From NCBI RefSeq assembly GCF_000018785.1, contig NC_010163.1, forward strand, positions 1,290,001 through 1,322,000: a stretch of DNA of 32,000 nt, read 5' to 3'. Below, in pieces: positions 28,677 to 32,000 of this stretch (its first letter is position 1; each line of letters starts with the position of its first letter). A program made the position numbers and the translations under genes. The notes under the pieces are model-generated. The model made no database searches. It saw only the letters and a list, made by a program, of their open reading frames with translations, and was not told the origin of the DNA. The DNA comes from Acholeplasma laidlawii PG-8A. Its GTDB lineage: Bacteria > Bacillota_I > Bacilli_A > Acholeplasmatales > Acholeplasmataceae.

Positions 28677-29654
28677 TTAAAGTGACTTGTCCTTCATTTT
28701 ATCAATATCTTTCCCATAATAATGTTTTAAATTCATAATATCAAATTCAAAATGATTAACCCAATATCTAAACTGTATCACATATTTTTGTAGAACTGCA
28801 ATATCCTCATCAGTGGTTTGATCCATTATTGTTTTATCGAAATCCTTTTGTACAATACTTGACGAATAATCAAATATTTCTTTTTCAAAATCTTTGAACC
28901 ATTGATAAATCGAACTACTTTGTAAAGATAGAATCTTAGAGGTATTATCCAGAAAATCATTTAATGAATTATTAAATTCGCAAAACTCACTTACAAAATC
29001 CTTGTTATTCTTGATGTCTTCTTTCATCATGTATTCATTTATCTCGTTATAACTTTTCTTAAGTAGTTCAAATTGATACAAAATCTGATTGAATTCTGCC
29101 TTTTTATTTCGGAGTCTTCTTTTATGAGAAGCATTGATTCCACTGATTATGAGTGATATTAAAAAACCTGTTGATAAACTTATATATACATCATAATCAA
29201 AATCATAATTATTGTTTTTACTATCAACTGCTAGTGCTAGAAAAACAAACATTAAAATAAATGATAGAATTGTAATCCAGTTGTTAGAAAAGAAACGATT
29301 AAATTTCCATACTTTTTCAAAATTATCAGCTACATTCTTATATTTAGAATGATAGTCAGGTAAAATATCTAACCTCAAGTAAAAGGGATGTATACATTTA
29401 TCAAAAACTGTTCTTAACAAATCATAATGAGATTCAAAATAATTTTCTATATCTGGTAATCTATATTTGTTTTTAAAATAATTCCAAAAGTTTTTATCCA
29501 CTTTTTCATATTTATCATATAAGATACTCGTATAAACTGTGTAATCATCTACAAATTCATTTGATGGATTATTGGTTAAATTATCAAATAAATCAAAAAT
29601 AATTTGTAATTTTTCATTTAATTCTTCGATTTTGCTCATATAGTATGGTAACAA
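28677..29654 (-). CDS. hypothetical two-TM membrane protein with flanking helical soluble regions
   Basis: 325 aa with WITILSFILMFVFLALAV and DVYISLSTGFLISLIISG hydrophobic segments. Confidence 0.75.
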   Translation of the reverse strand: MLPYYMSKIEELNEKLQIIFDLFDNLTNNPSNEFVDDYTVYTSILYDKYEKVDKNFWNYFKNKYRLPDIENYFESHYDLLRTVFDKCIHPFYLRLDILPDYHSKYKNVADNFEKVWKFNRFFSNNWITILSFILMFVFLALAVDSKNNNYDFDYDVYISLSTGFLISLIISGINASHKRRLRNKKAEFNQILYQFELLKKSYNEINEYMMKEDIKNNKDFVSEFCEFNNSLNDFLDNTSKILSLQSSSIYQWFKDFEKEIFDYSSSIVQKDFDKTIMDQTTDEDIAVLQKYVIQFRYWVNHFEFDIMNLKHYYGKDIDKMKDKSL

Positions 29655-29752
29655 TCCTTTCTACTAAATTGGTTCTTTTATAAGAAACATCATTTAAAAT
29701 GACATTAACACTTTCCTAGATTTATAACAGTATTTTTTATTTCATTGAATCG

Positions 29753-30076
29753 CTATTCTATTATTATATCAATAACATTATTTATTTCATACTTTATTTT
29801 GTCAATGAATAGTAGTCGATTAATCTCATCTAGTTTTGTTATAAAACCTTTGTATTCATAAACATATCCATCATCTAAATACATAATAGTTACTTGTTTA
29901 TTATCTTGGATTGCAGATTTCATGATTCTATCCATATCTTCAAGTTTATCTTCTTGGAGTTCTGGTTTTGGTTTTTTATTTAATCGATAACGAAGTTCTT
30001 GCATCATATCTACAAATCCTGCAAGACCATCAAATGGTGAGTATTTGATAATACCTCTATCCGTATAAGGTCTCAT
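29753..30076 (-). CDS. YolD-like family protein
   Basis: DRGIIKYSPFDGLAGFVDMMQELRYRLNKKPKPELQEDKLEDMDRIMKSAI...; overlaps the UvrX gene end by 4 nt. Confidence 0.85.
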   Translation of the reverse strand: MRPYTDRGIIKYSPFDGLAGFVDMMQELRYRLNKKPKPELQEDKLEDMDRIMKSAIQDNKQVTIMYLDDGYVYEYKGFITKLDEINRLLFIDKIKYEINNVIDIIIE

Positions 30077-31353
30077 GCTTTGTGACGCCCAATAAATGTA
30101 TTATGTTTAATAATCGTGGATTCTTTATTAAGTGCAGTTGCTCGGTTTACTGCATTCTTGCCAAACTTCTCTTTAATCTCATCCATAGCAGACATCAAAT
30201 TATATTCACGGTCGATGCTTTCTGCATCTTCAAAGATTGAATACTGATAAGTGGTAGATTCTGTTAAACCACCAAGAGAAACTTCTACTGTTCTTATTGG
30301 AAATCCATCATACTTATTTTTGAAGATATTTAGGCATGTTTCAAAGATTTGATCGACTGATGATGTTGGTTGGTCGAATGTGATTTGTTGATGTAATCCT
30401 CCACCAATATCAGCATTATAACCTATACCAAAATGAATGACTCTACATCTTTTTTTATTGAGTCTTAATCTTCTTGATACTTCATCAACCATCTCTTGGA
30501 TGATGGTTAATACTTCCTCACCATTATAATCATGAAACAGCACTTGACTCATCCCATAGGATTTGTTTTGATAGCGGAGTTTACCTTTATCTTGAATTAG
30601 TGCATTATCAATGCCATGTGCATGATACCAAAGTTGTTGACCCATCACACCAAATCTATCTTGTAGAGCATCAACATTATAAGCTGCAAGGTCTCCTATT
30701 GACCATATACCAAGTTTATTAAGATTAATTTCCATACGTGGTCCAATACCCCACATTTTAGATAGTGGTTCTACTGGCCATAATCTATCCGGTATATCTT
30801 TATAAGACCATTTTGCTATCGAATCCTTTTGTTTCTTGGAATCTATATCCATGGATAGTTTTGCCATAAGTATATTAGGTCCTATACCAACAGATACTGG
30901 TAAGTGCGGTTCATCAGTTATCTTTTTAATGATTTCTTTTGTTAGTTGAAGTTCTGTTTTATTGTAGAGTTTTAAATACCCTGTTAAATCTAAGAATGCT
31001 TCGTCTATGGAGTAAACATACAAATCATCTTCTGATACAAAAATCAAATAGATCTCAATAACCTTCATGGTGTACTCCATATAGGTTTTCATTCTTGACA
31101 TTGCATAAATGGTACCTTCTTTTAGATTATCTGGAATATCAAAGATTCTGATACGACCTGGAACTTCCATACTCTTTAAATACGGTGATACAGCCAGACA
31201 CAATGCATCTTTACCGCGAGAACGATCTGCAACCACTAGTGGTGTAGTAAAAGGGTCTAATCCCCTTAAAACGTATTCTACAGAAGCATAAAAAAACTTA
31301 AAGTCGATACATATAATATTTCTATGAACTTGTAAGTGTTGTAAATCTTCCAC
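30073..31353 (-). CDS. Y-family DNA polymerase (UvrX-like)
   Basis: ICIDFKFFYASVEYVLRGLDPFTTPLVVADRSRG, VYSIDEAFLDLT, LPVSVGIGPNILMAKLSMD, WGIGPRMEINLNKLGIWSIGDLA. Confidence 0.95.
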   Translation of the reverse strand: MEDLQHLQVHRNIICIDFKFFYASVEYVLRGLDPFTTPLVVADRSRGKDALCLAVSPYLKSMEVPGRIRIFDIPDNLKEGTIYAMSRMKTYMEYTMKVIEIYLIFVSEDDLYVYSIDEAFLDLTGYLKLYNKTELQLTKEIIKKITDEPHLPVSVGIGPNILMAKLSMDIDSKKQKDSIAKWSYKDIPDRLWPVEPLSKMWGIGPRMEINLNKLGIWSIGDLAAYNVDALQDRFGVMGQQLWYHAHGIDNALIQDKGKLRYQNKSYGMSQVLFHDYNGEEVLTIIQEMVDEVSRRLRLNKKRCRVIHFGIGYNADIGGGLHQQITFDQPTSSVDQIFETCLNIFKNKYDGFPIRTVEVSLGGLTESTTYQYSIFEDAESIDREYNLMSAMDEIKEKFGKNAVNRATALNKESTIIKHNTFIGRHKA

Positions 31354-31367
31354 ACATTCTTAAAACC

Positions 31368-31997
31368 TCAATTCTTGTTATTGTTATCAGTCATTAATTT
31401 AATTAGCTTTACATTCTTTAGAGTTTCTTCTATTGAATCCCAACAGTTTAACACCATATTTTCTTTACTCTTTTTTTCAAAGTTATATATTTTACTTAAG
31501 GCATTTATTTCTTGTTTAAATCTAATTCTTATAACATCTATAGAGGTAGTAAGAAATACTTCTTTCTGAATGGCAACTGGTTCTCCATCCATTATTCTTA
31601 TCTTCATCATTTTCATAATATTAGCTAGAATTGATGTATAGTCACTAAGGAAAACAATCGCTTGAATCAAATATTCAAAACTGACTTTGTTATCGTACTC
31701 GAAATTATGATCAACATGACTATAATTTTTATCACGCATATATTTAAAATGATTGATTTCAATAGAGTTTTTTTCCCTCCATTCCATAAACAAATCAAAA
31801 TGATTTTTGAGCTTATTCAGATCAATATTTGTTTGAAATATGGATATAAACTCTTTACCTTTGTCAGATACATCTTTGTAAAAGTGATTCACAAATCCAG
31901 TTATAGAACTATCACCTTTAATATCGAGTAAATTGTTCAACTCAATAAACATATATGATTCATAAATAAATGCTTTATGTCTTAATGGATATAACAC
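31368..31997 (-). CDS. hypothetical protein with HEPN-like (AbiU2-like) motif; may extend or start near window edge
   Basis: Helical protein with RDKNYSHVDH (R-X5-H), 15 nt upstream of the UvrX gene; true start uncertain (GTG at 31997 or ATG at 31952). Confidence 0.65.
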   Translation of the reverse strand: MLYPLRHKAFIYESYMFIELNNLLDIKGDSSITGFVNHFYKDVSDKGKEFISIFQTNIDLNKLKNHFDLFMEWREKNSIEINHFKYMRDKNYSHVDHNFEYDNKVSFEYLIQAIVFLSDYTSILANIMKMMKIRIMDGEPVAIQKEVFLTTSIDVIRIRFKQEINALSKIYNFEKKSKENMVLNCWDSIEETLKNVKLIKLMTDNNNKN

Positions 31998-32000
31998 ATA

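Overview
AT-rich, low-GC Gram-positive/Mollicutes-like (Acholeplasma-like, inferred) chromosomal window. Almost all genes lie on the minus strand and TGA appears to act as a stop. Housekeeping and accessory content: the 5' end of an ABC exporter next to a MarR regulator; a surface lipoprotein with duplicated domains; a DUF2161-like protein, an SDR and a NUDIX protein; groES-groEL behind a CIRCE-like operator; a DUF1295 membrane protein; and a lysine-riboswitch-like leader ahead of an amino-acid ABC transporter. There are also a CopB-like (CPH motif) P1B-ATPase with a His-rich tail and a CsoR-like operator, and an ArsR/CadC-cadA metal operon. The most interesting region is 15.6-21.9 kb. It is a compact same-strand cassette of a membrane-anchored Mrr-like nuclease, an SF1 helicase with a C-terminal DUF2726-like nuclease domain, a nonsense-interrupted second Mrr-like gene, and a DUF2075 helicase/ATPase with a putative N-terminal nuclease domain; it looks like a defence candidate. 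A decayed intergenic region (26.5-27.8 kb) holds a promoter-hairpin-terminator unit that could be an orphan small RNA, plus regulator and helicase gene remnants. The right end has a YolD-UvrX (Y-family polymerase) pair directly downstream of a protein with a HEPN-like RX5H motif. Family names come from recognising motifs by eye; no database search was run.
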